A DNA stretch of 64,000 bases. It comes from Flectonema sp. DT1601 (Eukaryota). Shown piece by piece: positions 13,491 through 25,105 of the stretch. The stretch spans positions 62,001 through 126,000 of the forward strand of contig OZ025794.1 in assembly GCA_964019425.1 (NCBI GenBank), in the 5' to 3' direction. The notes beneath the pieces were generated by a model. That model ran no database searches. It was not told the origin of the DNA and worked only from the letters and a program-made list of their open reading frames with translations. The number at the start of each line of letters is the position of its first letter. Position 1 is the first letter of the stretch. A program made the translations under genes and the position numbers.

Positions 13491-13668
13491 AGGGGGTGAG
13501 ACTTTGATAATGTAAAAACAGTAACAACTTTAGGGGTATTAAAAACAAAAACTAATATCAAGTACTTTGACTAAAAAAAAATATTTGTAGTTGTTAATCA
13601 AAGAAAGGTTCGTTTAAAAAAAAAAAGAAAACACAAAAAAGGGAAATTTTTTTTTTTTTGTCTTATAA
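13491..13668. repeat. Dispersed repeat family A (about 150-180 bp)
   Basis: Core ATATCAAGTACTTGACTGAAAAAATATTTGTAGTTGTTAATCAAAGAAA, also at ~13868-13990, ~40924-41066 and partially at ~7493-7570. Confidence 0.85.
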
Positions 13669-15179
13669 CTTTTTTTTTTTTTCATGTTGTAAAAGTCAGC
13701 CAGTCAACTATTGTGACTGAATCACTCCTCAGTTAACAAGTTGGGAGTGTAGTTTTTATGTTCGTAGCGAACTACAACTCTTCCACTTTTTAGATTTTTT
13801 TTTTTTTTTTTTGTTTGAAGCAGTTATCAATTTTCTGACCTGCTAACTCTATCCTTTATAAGAGGGAGTGAAACAGTAACAATTTTAGGTACAACAGGAG
13901 CAAAAAAATATCAAAGTACTTGACTGAAAAAAATATTTGTAGTTGTCAATCAAGAAAAGGTTCGTTTTAAAAAAAAAGAAAATATAAAAAGGAAAGAAAA
14001 GAGCTACAATCTCCATTCGCTAATAAGAAGAAAAAAAAAGTACAAAAAACAATAAAAGACTGGCAGGTCTCGGGAAAGCTTGGCTGAAAGAAAGAAAAAA
14101 ACAAAAAAAAAAAAAAAAAAACATGAGATAAAACATAAATACAGCTATCGCAGCATCTTTTATATTAATGCATCTTCTTTATTGTGATGACATTTTTTCC
14201 TATTGAGGTGTTAGTTTGGAATAAGAACTTCATATGATGAGAAAACACTTTCAGTCAATTTTTGAGAATAATTTGAGAAAAAGACGCGAGAGTACCCTGA
14301 TAATATATCTTTGATGTGAATATATCTTTGTTCTGGTTTGAGTTTTAATCTGCTTGCCTCTTCTTCCACTTTAATATCAACGGTTTGAATGATTCAGTTT
14401 GTGTGCGAAAACCGAAAACAAAGTGTGTTAACGTTTACCGCTCGAAAAACAGGGAAATTATCAAAAAAAATAAAATTAAAAAACAGTTATGGGTTAACTT
14501 GGCATCGATTAAAAAAAAAGGAAACGAAAATACGATTCCTTCGATCGAAAAAGGGGCACCAGTTCGCTGCAGCAGAATACGTATCTGTTTATCGTAAGAC
14601 TTCGAGCAACGGGAATAAAAGTTTTGGGGTATATATATTTTTATTTTTTTCCCTTTCATGAGAGAAAGGATATTTTTTTAAATAAAAAAAAATAAAGTAA
14701 AATACAAAAAAAAAAACTGAGACGTGATAGAAGTACATTACTATTTTTGTTAGGAGGAAAAAGTAACATTCAACCAGAATTTCACTTCTAATTTTTTTTT
14801 TTTTTTTTTTGTCAATTCGAAAACGACAATACAGTACCTAGTAATACAACAAGGGGGAATTAGGAGAGCTAAGGCAAGGTCAATAGCACAAAGCATCACA
14901 CGGAAAGGAGAGTCTTACAAGACAACAAATAAAACAATATTTCAATTGTGTTGAGGTTGTGATATGCAAGAGGGAACTGTGGTATAAAAAGAAAATAAGA
15001 AAATAATGAAATAAGTGAAAGCTACCACAGTTGACATCTTTATAAGGTCAACCGATTAGTGCTTGGTGTAGATTCGTTTTGGAATAGGAACTCTGGTCAA
15101 TACAATACAAAAGGTATTCAAAAAAAAAGAAGGCAATCAAATAATAATTTTAAAAAAAAAACGCTCTGGAGGTAATTAC

Positions 15180-17504
15180 TTAACCACTTCTGGGAACATT
15201 ATTTAACTTTGTGAAGTGCTTCTTAAATCCCGCGTAGTGATCACTCGCGTGTCTAAGCCAGTTGAAGTTCTCTCCTCTCTTCCCGAGGACTCTGTTCTCT
15301 GAGATGTCAGTGAGTTGTCCATCGAAGGATGCGTGGATGAGGTTGCTGTAGACGTTCAGAATGCAGGCGATCGGAACAAACGCCCAGCAGTCCGACAGGA
15401 AGTCAGACACCTCCGCTCCCCGCTCCTCCTCGCTCGCCCCCTCAAACGCTCCAATCTCACACAAGTAAGCCTCCACCACGTTCGTCAGCATCTCCTTCAC
15501 AGTCTCCATCGTGATGTCGATCTCCTGACGTTCGATCTGTAGCTCCAGACTCGAAATCAGCTTCGCGAAGTCGTACACCGCCAGACTCGGTCCGCTCCAC
15601 TCGATGTCGATCAGAGTCACCTTCGAAGGGTCGCAGTTGTTGTCTACGATCGCGTTGCTCAGGTTCACATCGAAGTGCGAGTACACCGTCTTCATGCTGT
15701 ACTTCGACCTCAATTTCACGTGAACCTGCTTCTTCACTTCCTCGAACGTCGTCGCAGTCTCCATGAACTCCCCACAGAACCCGCCCCACATCGGACTGTT
15801 CTTCAGCTCGCTCTTCTCCACGCTGATGATCGAACACCGACGCCAGATCTCCAACAGGCTGTAGCACAGCGGCACTCCCTCCAACTTCTGAAAGTGGTGG
15901 TCCAGAACGTCCTTCTTGAACTGCTCGTTCTCGATCGCCTTGTGGAATCGCGCTATGCTCGTCCCCAGGCAGCTGAACATCTTCCCCCGTTGCGTCGTCG
16001 GCTTCTTCAGCGCCTTCAACAGCGTCATCCCTTCCACCCACTCCTCCAACCTCCCCAGGTAACGATCACAACCGTAGTACTTCGCGTGGATGTCGCAGTA
16101 CTGGTCAGGTCCCAGTCCGGCATCGAACAGTCCCTGCGCAACGTTCCCAATGAAGTTGATCTCGTCGTGGATGATTCGACGAGGCTTCTCCCAGTTGTAG
16201 AACGCCACCAACGTCTTCCTCACCGCCAGGTCCCTCCTCGCGTCCTTCCGACACTTCACTTGGAAGATCCGACTGTCTACCAACCGACGAACCATCAGGT
16301 CCTCAACCTTCACACCCCCTTCCTTCCAAGCAGCCATCTTCTCAATGCAGAACGACCTGATCGCGTCGTCGTCTCGGTTCACCCGCGCGATGTCCTCCTG
16401 CAGTCCCTTTCGGATCCCGTGTCTGATGAAGAGCTTGTTCATGTGTCCCAGGAAGTTGGGAACTCCCTTGTACCCTGGCAGAGCATTGCAGTCGACGACG
16501 TAGTGCGTTTGGTTGTCCTTGTCAACCAGAACATCGAACCCAAACAATTCAATATTCCATTCCAGTTCGATTGCCAGTCGTAAAGTGTCTACGGTTACAG
16601 CACGCAAATTAGCGGCAGAGAGCTCCGGGTCGTTTATCCTTTTGCAGCCAATCTCTCCGTCTCTTCTTGTGATTACATCTGAGTAGAATATAATATAACC
16701 TTTACCACCTGATTGTGATTTGAGTACGTGTTGTCCTTTTATTTCTTCTGAGAATCTATCGAGTTCTGCGGGGTCAGGGTTGACGTCAATGTCTGGAAGT
16801 GAAGGACGGCCTCCGACGAAAATATGTTTTGCGATAACATAAATCTTATAAACAATACCCGAGTGAGGGATGTACTGTTCTAATGAAAAGTGTTCACAGG
16901 CAGAATTATCACAGAAATGATCCAATCCAGAAGTATCAAATACCAATCCCATCTTCTTAATTGCAGTTGACTTAGGTTTTACAACTATCGGAAATGGAGG
17001 AAGATCTGCTGGATCGAATGTCACAGATTTTGAGTATGTCATCCATTTTGGAGTAGAACACTTAATGTTACTATCACTAGCTAGAGATACTACTCTCGCC
17101 ATCCTTTGAAGAAATGTCGTCATCGAGTATCGATCAACAAGAATATGTTCGCTCTCGACAGGAATGATATTTAGTTTGTTAAAATCTGATTTATAACTTC
17201 CCATCAGTTCATTAAACTTTCTTAACGTCGTAGCGTGAACTTCTTCTTGAGGAGAACCGAGTGCCTTGTGAAGTTTACTAATAATAACATCAGGTTTTAG
17301 ATCCATCTTCTCCCACTGTTCTACTAAAGAAGACTCTGACTGACTATCGAGAGCAACGATGTCAACTCGTCCTTCTAAGTCTCTCGCATTGTTACTTTTA
17401 TATTCCTGCTGAAGCATCATTTTCCTGTTCCTATCAACAGCGAAACATGTGACCAGCTGCAGGTTTCGGTTGCGACCGAAACGACTATCCCAATTACTTA
17501 GCAT
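15180..17504 (-). CDS. ITPK1-like / choline kinase-like fusion, copy 2 (774 aa)
   Basis: Same motif set as copy 1; pyrimidine-rich AG (17528-17527) just upstream of the ATG. Confidence 0.85.
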   Translation of the reverse strand: MLSNWDSRFGRNRNLQLVTCFAVDRNRKMMLQQEYKSNNARDLEGRVDIVALDSQSESSLVEQWEKMDLKPDVIISKLHKALGSPQEEVHATTLRKFNELMGSYKSDFNKLNIIPVESEHILVDRYSMTTFLQRMARVVSLASDSNIKCSTPKWMTYSKSVTFDPADLPPFPIVVKPKSTAIKKMGLVFDTSGLDHFCDNSACEHFSLEQYIPHSGIVYKIYVIAKHIFVGGRPSLPDIDVNPDPAELDRFSEEIKGQHVLKSQSGGKGYIIFYSDVITRRDGEIGCKRINDPELSAANLRAVTVDTLRLAIELEWNIELFGFDVLVDKDNQTHYVVDCNALPGYKGVPNFLGHMNKLFIRHGIRKGLQEDIARVNRDDDAIRSFCIEKMAAWKEGGVKVEDLMVRRLVDSRIFQVKCRKDARRDLAVRKTLVAFYNWEKPRRIIHDEINFIGNVAQGLFDAGLGPDQYCDIHAKYYGCDRYLGRLEEWVEGMTLLKALKKPTTQRGKMFSCLGTSIARFHKAIENEQFKKDVLDHHFQKLEGVPLCYSLLEIWRRCSIISVEKSELKNSPMWGGFCGEFMETATTFEEVKKQVHVKLRSKYSMKTVYSHFDVNLSNAIVDNNCDPSKVTLIDIEWSGPSLAVYDFAKLISSLELQIERQEIDITMETVKEMLTNVVEAYLCEIGAFEGASEEERGAEVSDFLSDCWAFVPIACILNVYSNLIHASFDGQLTDISENRVLGKRGENFNWLRHASDHYAGFKKHFTKLNNVPRSG
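15200..16576. repeat. Near-identical 1.38 kb duplicated tract (partner 20202-21578)
   Basis: Constant offset of 5002 nt; only three substitutions noticed by eye (near 15806, 15869, 16554), none changing the protein. Confidence 0.95.
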
Positions 17505-18931
17505 TTCTATCCTTTTATAATTATATCTGGAAAGGAGAAAAGAAGGAAGTCAGAAAAGTGGAATCATCGTGTGGTCACATTTTCGACAGCAAAAATAAAA
17601 TTGCGGGTAGAGTGAAAGGTGGCGGGGGGTGAGAGATGTGGTACGTGCTGAAAATAATAAGAAACCAAAACGTGGTAAAACTAAATGAAATATTTTCACG
17701 AATGGTTTTTTTTTTTGCTTTTTTTTTTTTTTTTTTTTTCTTCTTGAGAGAATACATTACAGGCACACATAAAGCAAGCTGCTATTTTTTTCAATTCTAA
17801 TTATTTCAGTACTTTTTCTTCTTTTTTTTTTTCTTCTTTCGTTCTTTTCTTCGCTTTTTTATTTTCTTAATGGTGCTATGCCGAGGCTTGAGTTTCTTAC
17901 ATACTTTTTGTCCTAATGGTTTTTAGAAACCATCGGGAAATGCAGTTTTCACTATTACCAACTCCATCTGATAAGGAGTAATGTAGCAATCACGAGAAGG
18001 GGAAAAAAGAAAGAAAGGAAAACAATGGCAATGGGGAGCAGTGAACTATCAATTAAAATCATAAGCAATATTTTTTTTTTTTTTTTTTTTTCATTCTTTT
18101 TTTTGTTTACATGCAAAAGCAAAAATATACAGCTTTTGGTACGTTTTACAGCAAAATCATCACACCGAAAGGCGCATTTTAAAAAAAAAAAAAAAAAAAA
18201 ACAGTAAGAAAAAAGAATTCTCTCTCGTGTCAGGATATCGTTTACAGCAAAAATCCAACGGAACAATGCTCAATAACTTTATGCTATTTTCTGCTGTCCA
18301 AAATAACCAGATTGGATAACAAAAAGCCAACCAAATGAATGATGCTACTTTTATTTTATTTCAATTTTTTTTTTCTTTTTTTTTTTTTTTTTCATTCAAA
18401 GTTTGACAAAAACAACGAAAACATAAGCTCGTCCCCCTCTCCCTCCTGGAGACTCCACGAGAGGATTGAGGTAAAAGATGACCGACAATACGTTCTAATT
18501 TTAACCGGAATTGAAAGAAAAAAAAAAGAAAAAAAATCAAACCAACAATATTCAGACTTGAAGAGAAAAAAATTAAAAAGACCCCCCCCTCATGTGTTTT
18601 TCACACAGGAAAATTTTTTTTATCGAAACAAAGATCTTGGCTTGGTAACCTTCAGACATTTTGCTTCTTTTTTTCATTTTTTTTTTTTTTTTTATTTCAA
18701 AAAAAAAAAAAAAAAAAACGACACTGTCACTGCCTCATGTTAGAATGGTTGAAACAAGAAAACGTGTCGTACATATTGAGGAGAAAATAAAACCAAAATT
18801 GCTTTCCAGATGAAGAGGGGCGAGAAGCCCACCTATTTGGTTCAAGGTGACCATAAATCACAATGGATCAAACCATCAGAAAATACAAATTTGATTTTTT
18901 TAAAAAAGCTGATAGTTCATGCGAGCGACGA

Positions 18932-18972
<41 letters not shown>

Positions 18973-20181
18973 AAGGCGGAAATTTTTTCATGTGCTGCAA
19001 TTAAACTTGAATGTACACCATCCAACAACCACGACAATCGTCAAAAAAGCCTGTTGATCATTTCCGAACAATGAGCGCATCTGAGGAATAACAAATAAAA
19101 TCGGTGCGATAAACCTAAACTCAATACAATTGGAGAGGTTCAATTAAATTGATTCATAATGCCCTTTGTGCTTCTTACTCAGACAAGTCAACATCCAACA
19201 AGTCAAGGACCAGTTAAAGTAGACGTAGTTTCATTGAACTCCAATCCCAAAAGATTATTTTTGTTTCAGCAGGTAATAATTCAGCAGGTAATAAACACCA
19301 CACAGTTAGTTGAAACACAACAAAAAAACAAAACAAAAAATCGAGTTTTTTTTATAACATAAAAAAAGGTGTGCCAAAAGTTTGTTAGCAATCGTATTAG
19401 AGATACGAGGCGTGAAAGCAACAAGCAAGTAAGAAAAAAAAAAATACTACTTTTCTTCTTTCTCAAAAAAAAGTAAAAAGAAAAACATAACAAGAAACTC
19501 GCAGGTGGAAATTTGATTCATTCATATTATTGGTACTTTTAGGGGAGATTTTTTTTTGTTATGGAAAATGAAAAAAAAAGGGAAAAAAGCGAAACGGGAA
19601 TGCCTTCTTGATGCCTTGTCAACAAGTCATCAAAGCCCAAAAAAAAAAAAAAAAAAAAAAAAAAACGGGGGAAATGCATAAAGAAGTTAATATAAAGGGA
19701 ACAAGTATCGGGGAAGTTTTTTTTTTTTTTTTTTCTATATTCCAGAAAGACCACAAGGGTTGTGATCCATACACAGCAAGACTTAGCAGGAGAGGAGGCA
19801 GTATGGTGAATACACGTACAAAGACAACACAATGTAAACACAAAGTTCCAATACTACTTTTGTATCAGTTTTATTAGTTACTTTGTTCGACAACGGGAGT
19901 CGCTAAAACTTGTGTACTGCGACTCCACCCTATGTTATTTTTTTTTTTTTTTTTTTTTAAATTTTCAAAAATAAAAGGAACGAAAAGAAAAATGTAAACA
20001 AAAACAACAACAATTTGTGTGTGGGACGAAACAAACAAACCAAAAGTGAAGATGAAACTTAATTGTTAGAAACAAAAAATCAAACAGGAGTACGTAAGGC
20101 GATATTTTGCGAGGGAACAACTCACTAAGTGGTTATCATTTAAACGGATGAATTTGGAACCAACGATTGTAACGTTGGCTT

Positions 20182-22527
20182 TCATCCATTTCTGGGCATC
20201 GTATTTAACTTTGTGAAGTGCTTCTTAAATCCCGCGTAGTGATCACTCGCGTGTCTAAGCCAGTTGAAGTTCTCTCCTCTCTTCCCGAGGACTCTGTTCT
20301 CTGAGATGTCAGTGAGTTGTCCATCGAAGGATGCGTGGATGAGGTTGCTGTAGACGTTCAGAATGCAGGCGATCGGAACAAACGCCCAGCAGTCCGACAG
20401 GAAGTCAGACACCTCCGCTCCCCGCTCCTCCTCGCTCGCCCCCTCAAACGCTCCAATCTCACACAAGTAAGCCTCCACCACGTTCGTCAGCATCTCCTTC
20501 ACAGTCTCCATCGTGATGTCGATCTCCTGACGTTCGATCTGTAGCTCCAGACTCGAAATCAGCTTCGCGAAGTCGTACACCGCCAGACTCGGTCCGCTCC
20601 ACTCGATGTCGATCAGAGTCACCTTCGAAGGGTCGCAGTTGTTGTCTACGATCGCGTTGCTCAGGTTCACATCGAAGTGCGAGTACACCGTCTTCATGCT
20701 GTACTTCGACCTCAATTTCACGTGAACCTGCTTCTTCACTTCCTCGAACGTCGTCGCAGTCTCCATGAACTCCCCACAGAACCCGCCCCACATCGGACTG
20801 TTCTTCAACTCGCTCTTCTCCACGCTGATGATCGAACACCGACGCCAGATCTCCAACAGGCTGTAGCACAACGGCACTCCCTCCAACTTCTGAAAGTGGT
20901 GGTCCAGAACGTCCTTCTTGAACTGCTCGTTCTCGATCGCCTTGTGGAATCGCGCTATGCTCGTCCCCAGGCAGCTGAACATCTTCCCCCGTTGCGTCGT
21001 CGGCTTCTTCAGCGCCTTCAACAGCGTCATCCCTTCCACCCACTCCTCCAACCTCCCCAGGTAACGATCACAACCGTAGTACTTCGCGTGGATGTCGCAG
21101 TACTGGTCAGGTCCCAGTCCGGCATCGAACAGTCCCTGCGCAACGTTCCCAATGAAGTTGATCTCGTCGTGGATGATTCGACGAGGCTTCTCCCAGTTGT
21201 AGAACGCCACCAACGTCTTCCTCACCGCCAGGTCCCTCCTCGCGTCCTTCCGACACTTCACTTGGAAGATCCGACTGTCTACCAACCGACGAACCATCAG
21301 GTCCTCAACCTTCACACCCCCTTCCTTCCAAGCAGCCATCTTCTCAATGCAGAACGACCTGATCGCGTCGTCGTCTCGGTTCACCCGCGCGATGTCCTCC
21401 TGCAGTCCCTTTCGGATCCCGTGTCTGATGAAGAGCTTGTTCATGTGTCCCAGGAAGTTGGGAACTCCCTTGTACCCTGGCAGAGCATTGCAGTCGACGA
21501 CGTAGTGCGTTTGGTTGTCCTTGTCAACCAGAACATCGAACCCAAACAATTCAATGTTCCATTCCAGTTCGATTGCCATTCTAAAAGTATCGACTATAGC
21601 AGCATGGAGGTCCGGGAGGTTAAGATCTGGATCAGTAATTCTCTTTGCTTCAATATTACCCGCTCTGTTTGTAATAACATTAGATAAGAATGTAACATAA
21701 CCCAACCCCTCTGATTCAGATCCAGAGATGTATTCTCCCTTAATTTCAGTTGCAAATTCACTAAGAACCTGCGGAGTTGGTGTTCCGATGTCTGGAAGTG
21801 AAGGACGACTACCAACAAATATGTGTCTCGCGATAACATAAATTTTATAAACAACACCTGAGTGAGGGATGTACTGTTCCAATGAGAAATCATTGCATTC
21901 AGATTTATCGCAAAAGTTCTTAAGTCCGTTGACGTCAAAGACGACTCCCATCATCTTTATCGCAGTTGATTTTGGTTTTACAACAATTGGAAATGGAGGA
22001 AGATCACTTGACTTCGCAGGGTTACTTTTTGAGTAAGTCAACCATTGAGGTGTAGAGCATCCAATCGCTTCCGTGTTTCCAACTAAATTAACAACTCTTG
22101 CGATTCTCTTTAGGAATTCTGCCATCTTATATCTATCATGAAGAACGTACTCGCACTCAATTGGGATAATGTTTAATTTTTTGAATTCACTGCTCTGATC
22201 AGACTGTGCTAAACCATCGTAGTGGTGCATCGAAGTTGAATGGACCTCGTCTTCGATACTTCCGAGTGCGTTGTGCATTTTACTCACAACTAAATCTGGT
22301 TTAACGCTGAGGTCACACCACTGAGTTTTGAGGTTATTCGTTACATCTAATGAAACGACATCAATACCACCTTCGTACTCACCTTGCTTGTCTTTGTATT
22401 CTTCGTTTGTTAGCAATAATTTTCTATTTTTATCAACTGCAAAAACTGTACACAACTGCAAGTTACGACTTCTTCCAAACTGACTATCCCACGTTGAGGT
22501 GTGTGAATTAGAGGAGATTGAGGACAT
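20182..22527 (-). CDS. ITPK1-like / choline kinase-like fusion, copy 3 (781 aa)
   Basis: Same motif set. About 455 aa in the C-terminal part are identical to copy 2; the N-terminal part is diverged. Confidence 0.85.
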   Translation of the reverse strand: MSSISSNSHTSTWDSQFGRSRNLQLCTVFAVDKNRKLLLTNEEYKDKQGEYEGGIDVVSLDVTNNLKTQWCDLSVKPDLVVSKMHNALGSIEDEVHSTSMHHYDGLAQSDQSSEFKKLNIIPIECEYVLHDRYKMAEFLKRIARVVNLVGNTEAIGCSTPQWLTYSKSNPAKSSDLPPFPIVVKPKSTAIKMMGVVFDVNGLKNFCDKSECNDFSLEQYIPHSGVVYKIYVIARHIFVGSRPSLPDIGTPTPQVLSEFATEIKGEYISGSESEGLGYVTFLSNVITNRAGNIEAKRITDPDLNLPDLHAAIVDTFRMAIELEWNIELFGFDVLVDKDNQTHYVVDCNALPGYKGVPNFLGHMNKLFIRHGIRKGLQEDIARVNRDDDAIRSFCIEKMAAWKEGGVKVEDLMVRRLVDSRIFQVKCRKDARRDLAVRKTLVAFYNWEKPRRIIHDEINFIGNVAQGLFDAGLGPDQYCDIHAKYYGCDRYLGRLEEWVEGMTLLKALKKPTTQRGKMFSCLGTSIARFHKAIENEQFKKDVLDHHFQKLEGVPLCYSLLEIWRRCSIISVEKSELKNSPMWGGFCGEFMETATTFEEVKKQVHVKLRSKYSMKTVYSHFDVNLSNAIVDNNCDPSKVTLIDIEWSGPSLAVYDFAKLISSLELQIERQEIDITMETVKEMLTNVVEAYLCEIGAFEGASEEERGAEVSDFLSDCWAFVPIACILNVYSNLIHASFDGQLTDISENRVLGKRGENFNWLRHASDHYAGFKKHFTKLNTMPRNG
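20202..21578. repeat. Near-identical 1.38 kb duplicated tract (partner 15200-16576)
   Basis: Direct comparison with copy 2; identity ends at ...GATTGCCA (21578). Confidence 0.95.
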
Positions 22528-24042
22528 TTTAATATTTAGATTATTATTATTATTATTATTTTCTCTCTTCTTCTTTTTTTTAATACTCCTATACCAATCC
22601 TATGAGAAAAGAGATGATTATTTATTCTTTTTAGAAAAAAAGAAGAAAAGGTGATGGTCCACTAAATAAAACAACTCATCTATATAACGACATGTAAATT
22701 TGTTAACAACTGGAGAAATGTGGAGATACTAATTGATTAGTTTTTTTTTCGAAATTAAAAAAAAAAAAAAACCAGAACGTTATTAAGCGGCATGACTAAA
22801 AAAAAAAAAAAAAAAAAAAAAGAAAAAAATTTAAAAAAAACAGCGTTTGTGTTAATGGCGAACGAAACACGGAAAGGTCCACACATCCAATGAGACTTTT
22901 TTTTTTTCAAAAAAAAAATTTTTTTTTATATCAGTAGAACAGGCCTCACAAGTCTAACCAACATTAGAAACAAACAAAAACAAAAACAAAACCATTCAGA
23001 TTAGCCATATTTCGTTGAACGCAGCCCCTTCCGGCTCCAGCCGACAAGTGCAGCACAGTGTTCGGGTTGACACTTGGCATAGTTTGCCGTTGAATGCTGT
23101 CGCACGTGGGAATAAATCAAGACCATAAGCCCATAAGAAATAACAGCTTTCAATCTGAATAGTTTACAAAAAAAAAAAAAAAAAAAAAAAAAATTGAACA
23201 TCTGACAAAACAGGCAGAATATATACTCGCAAAAAAAAGGAAAAAATAAAAACTAACCACTAACGTAACTAACCGACATGAAGGAAGAACACATCATGAT
23301 AACGAGCGAGTGAAATATAGATATATATGTTGAGTTGCAATACTTTTTTCTGTTGCACTTTTCGTTTCTACTGTGTTCTTCGTTTCACAACCAGCCTGAT
23401 ACTAAAAGTAACAGCAAAAGACTGTTACAGTAAAAAATAACTTACGGGAGGGAGAGAGAGAGAGAGAGAGAGAATGAAGACATAGATTAAATTAAATCGA
23501 AACAAACTATTCATTCTATTTTATTTTTATTTACGAAGCCTAGGAAGTCAAAAAAAAAAAAAAATCAAAAGCTCAACACAGATTACAAACATATCAACAG
23601 CAGCAATAAAAAAATAATTAGTTTTAATATGACAATGTTGATGGTTTTATTTAATTAAAACAACGATCACGCCTTAAACTTACTTTTTTTTAGACTTTTT
23701 TATCCATCGTTTCCAATAACAGTAATTGATAAACACCTCACAGGCCTCCTTCCAGTGTTGAAAGTCACCTTAGTAACTTTTGATGTTTTTTTTATTTAAG
23801 TTTTTAGACGGGGTGATACTCACGCGGAGAAGAGGGGGAAAAGAAGAAGAAAAGGCATCACACTAACCTTATTTTTATCATCTGTGGAACATTTGGAGGT
23901 GTTTTTTTTTTTTTTTTTTTTCTCTTAACACCCCTTCAAAGTCCTACAGCAATACATAAAATGCTACTTATCCAACGGAAGAGTTTTGCGTGACGTAATA
24001 AAAAAAATAAAATAAACAAATTTAAAAAAAAAAAAGGAAAAA

Positions 24043-24205
24043 AGAACGGCTTTAACTTAAACATTACAGAAAATAGTAACATAACGCTTTTTGATGTTTT
24101 GTTTGTGTCACGAAACTTGTGAACCGACTTAAACTGATAAAGCTAAAGGAGGTTTACGTGCGCTGCCCAACATTCTTTTTCGTTCTTACAATACTTGTTA
24201 AATGC
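24043..24205 (-). repeat. Dispersed repeat family D, inverted copy
   Basis: Reverse complement matches 40494-40655 and 60441-60590 (GTATTGTAAGAACGAAAAAGAATGTT..CACGTAAACCTCCTTTAGCTTTA). Confidence 0.9.
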
Positions 24206-25105
24206 AAAAAAAAATTAAAAAAACCGGCTGCAGGAGATGAAAACCGCTTAACCGAAACATAAGATAATTCTCACAAATATTAGATCATAGAAACCAATCA
24301 ATGAACAGAACGAAGAGAAAAAAAAGTAAGATAGCCACCCTTTTTTATCTTTTTTTTTTTTTTTAAAGCGCGAATAATCGCGCTTATTTTTACCTACAAA
24401 ATCTATAAAAAAAAAGAATTATCACGTGCACCTCCCTCTCAGAATGCAAAAAAAAAAAAAAAAAAATTGTAATTCAAATTCAAATCAATATGAGAACATA
24501 GTTCGAGAGACGCTGAAACACACATTCCAAACACCAGTCTGATGATGGAGTACTGCTCTAATCATTCTCTCAACTAAATTCTACTACGGTTCAAAAAGAA
24601 TTTATTTTCTTCGAAACAGGTTAATAAACTTTACAATAACACCCAACAAAGATAACAAACTAAGATGGTTAACCGTTTGAGGTCGTTCTCATCATAAGTT
24701 GTAAAAAACTTATCAGGTTTCGAATAATTCATAAAACCTATTTTACCTCTAACGAAACTAAGGTGACAGGTTAAATTAAAAGGAGAAATATTCATTCAGA
24801 CCGTAGCTGTATTGCATTATCATAAAAATAATAATAAAATAAAAACGTCGTTTAAATCAATCCATGTTAAGGAGGATGAGGAAGTCTACACTACTACTTA
24901 AATGGTGTAGTAAAAAAATATGAGTTCTGAAGGGTGGATCGTGCCCACAGGGAGAAAAAATAAAATAAAAAATAAATAAATAATAATGGTACCTGCAGCC
25001 GACAATTCAACGCAGGCTGATTTAAAAAATTAAAAAAATAAAAAAACAAATATCATTTGTGTGATGCACAAATAAATAATAATTGATTGACGTCAATAAA
25101 GACTG

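Noticed and set aside
14234..14300. ATGATGA...CTGA on the + strand
   Set aside because: Box motifs are expected by chance in AT-rich DNA; no guide recognised.
15675..16583. Long + strand ORF (and twin 20677-21687; also off-frame 15457-16041 and 20459-21043)
   Set aside because: Shadow ORFs of the GC-rich tract in the kinase fusion genes; no motifs, and their limits track the GC shift.
19896..19926. Perfect 8-bp hairpin GGAGTCGC/GCGACTCC
   Set aside because: Isolated; a bacterial-type terminator call is not applicable in this eukaryotic context.
20158..20168. AACCAACGATT, resembling my recollection of a spliced-leader 5' end
   Set aside because: Only 11 nt, the rest does not match, wrong orientation, and it is part of a local hairpin.
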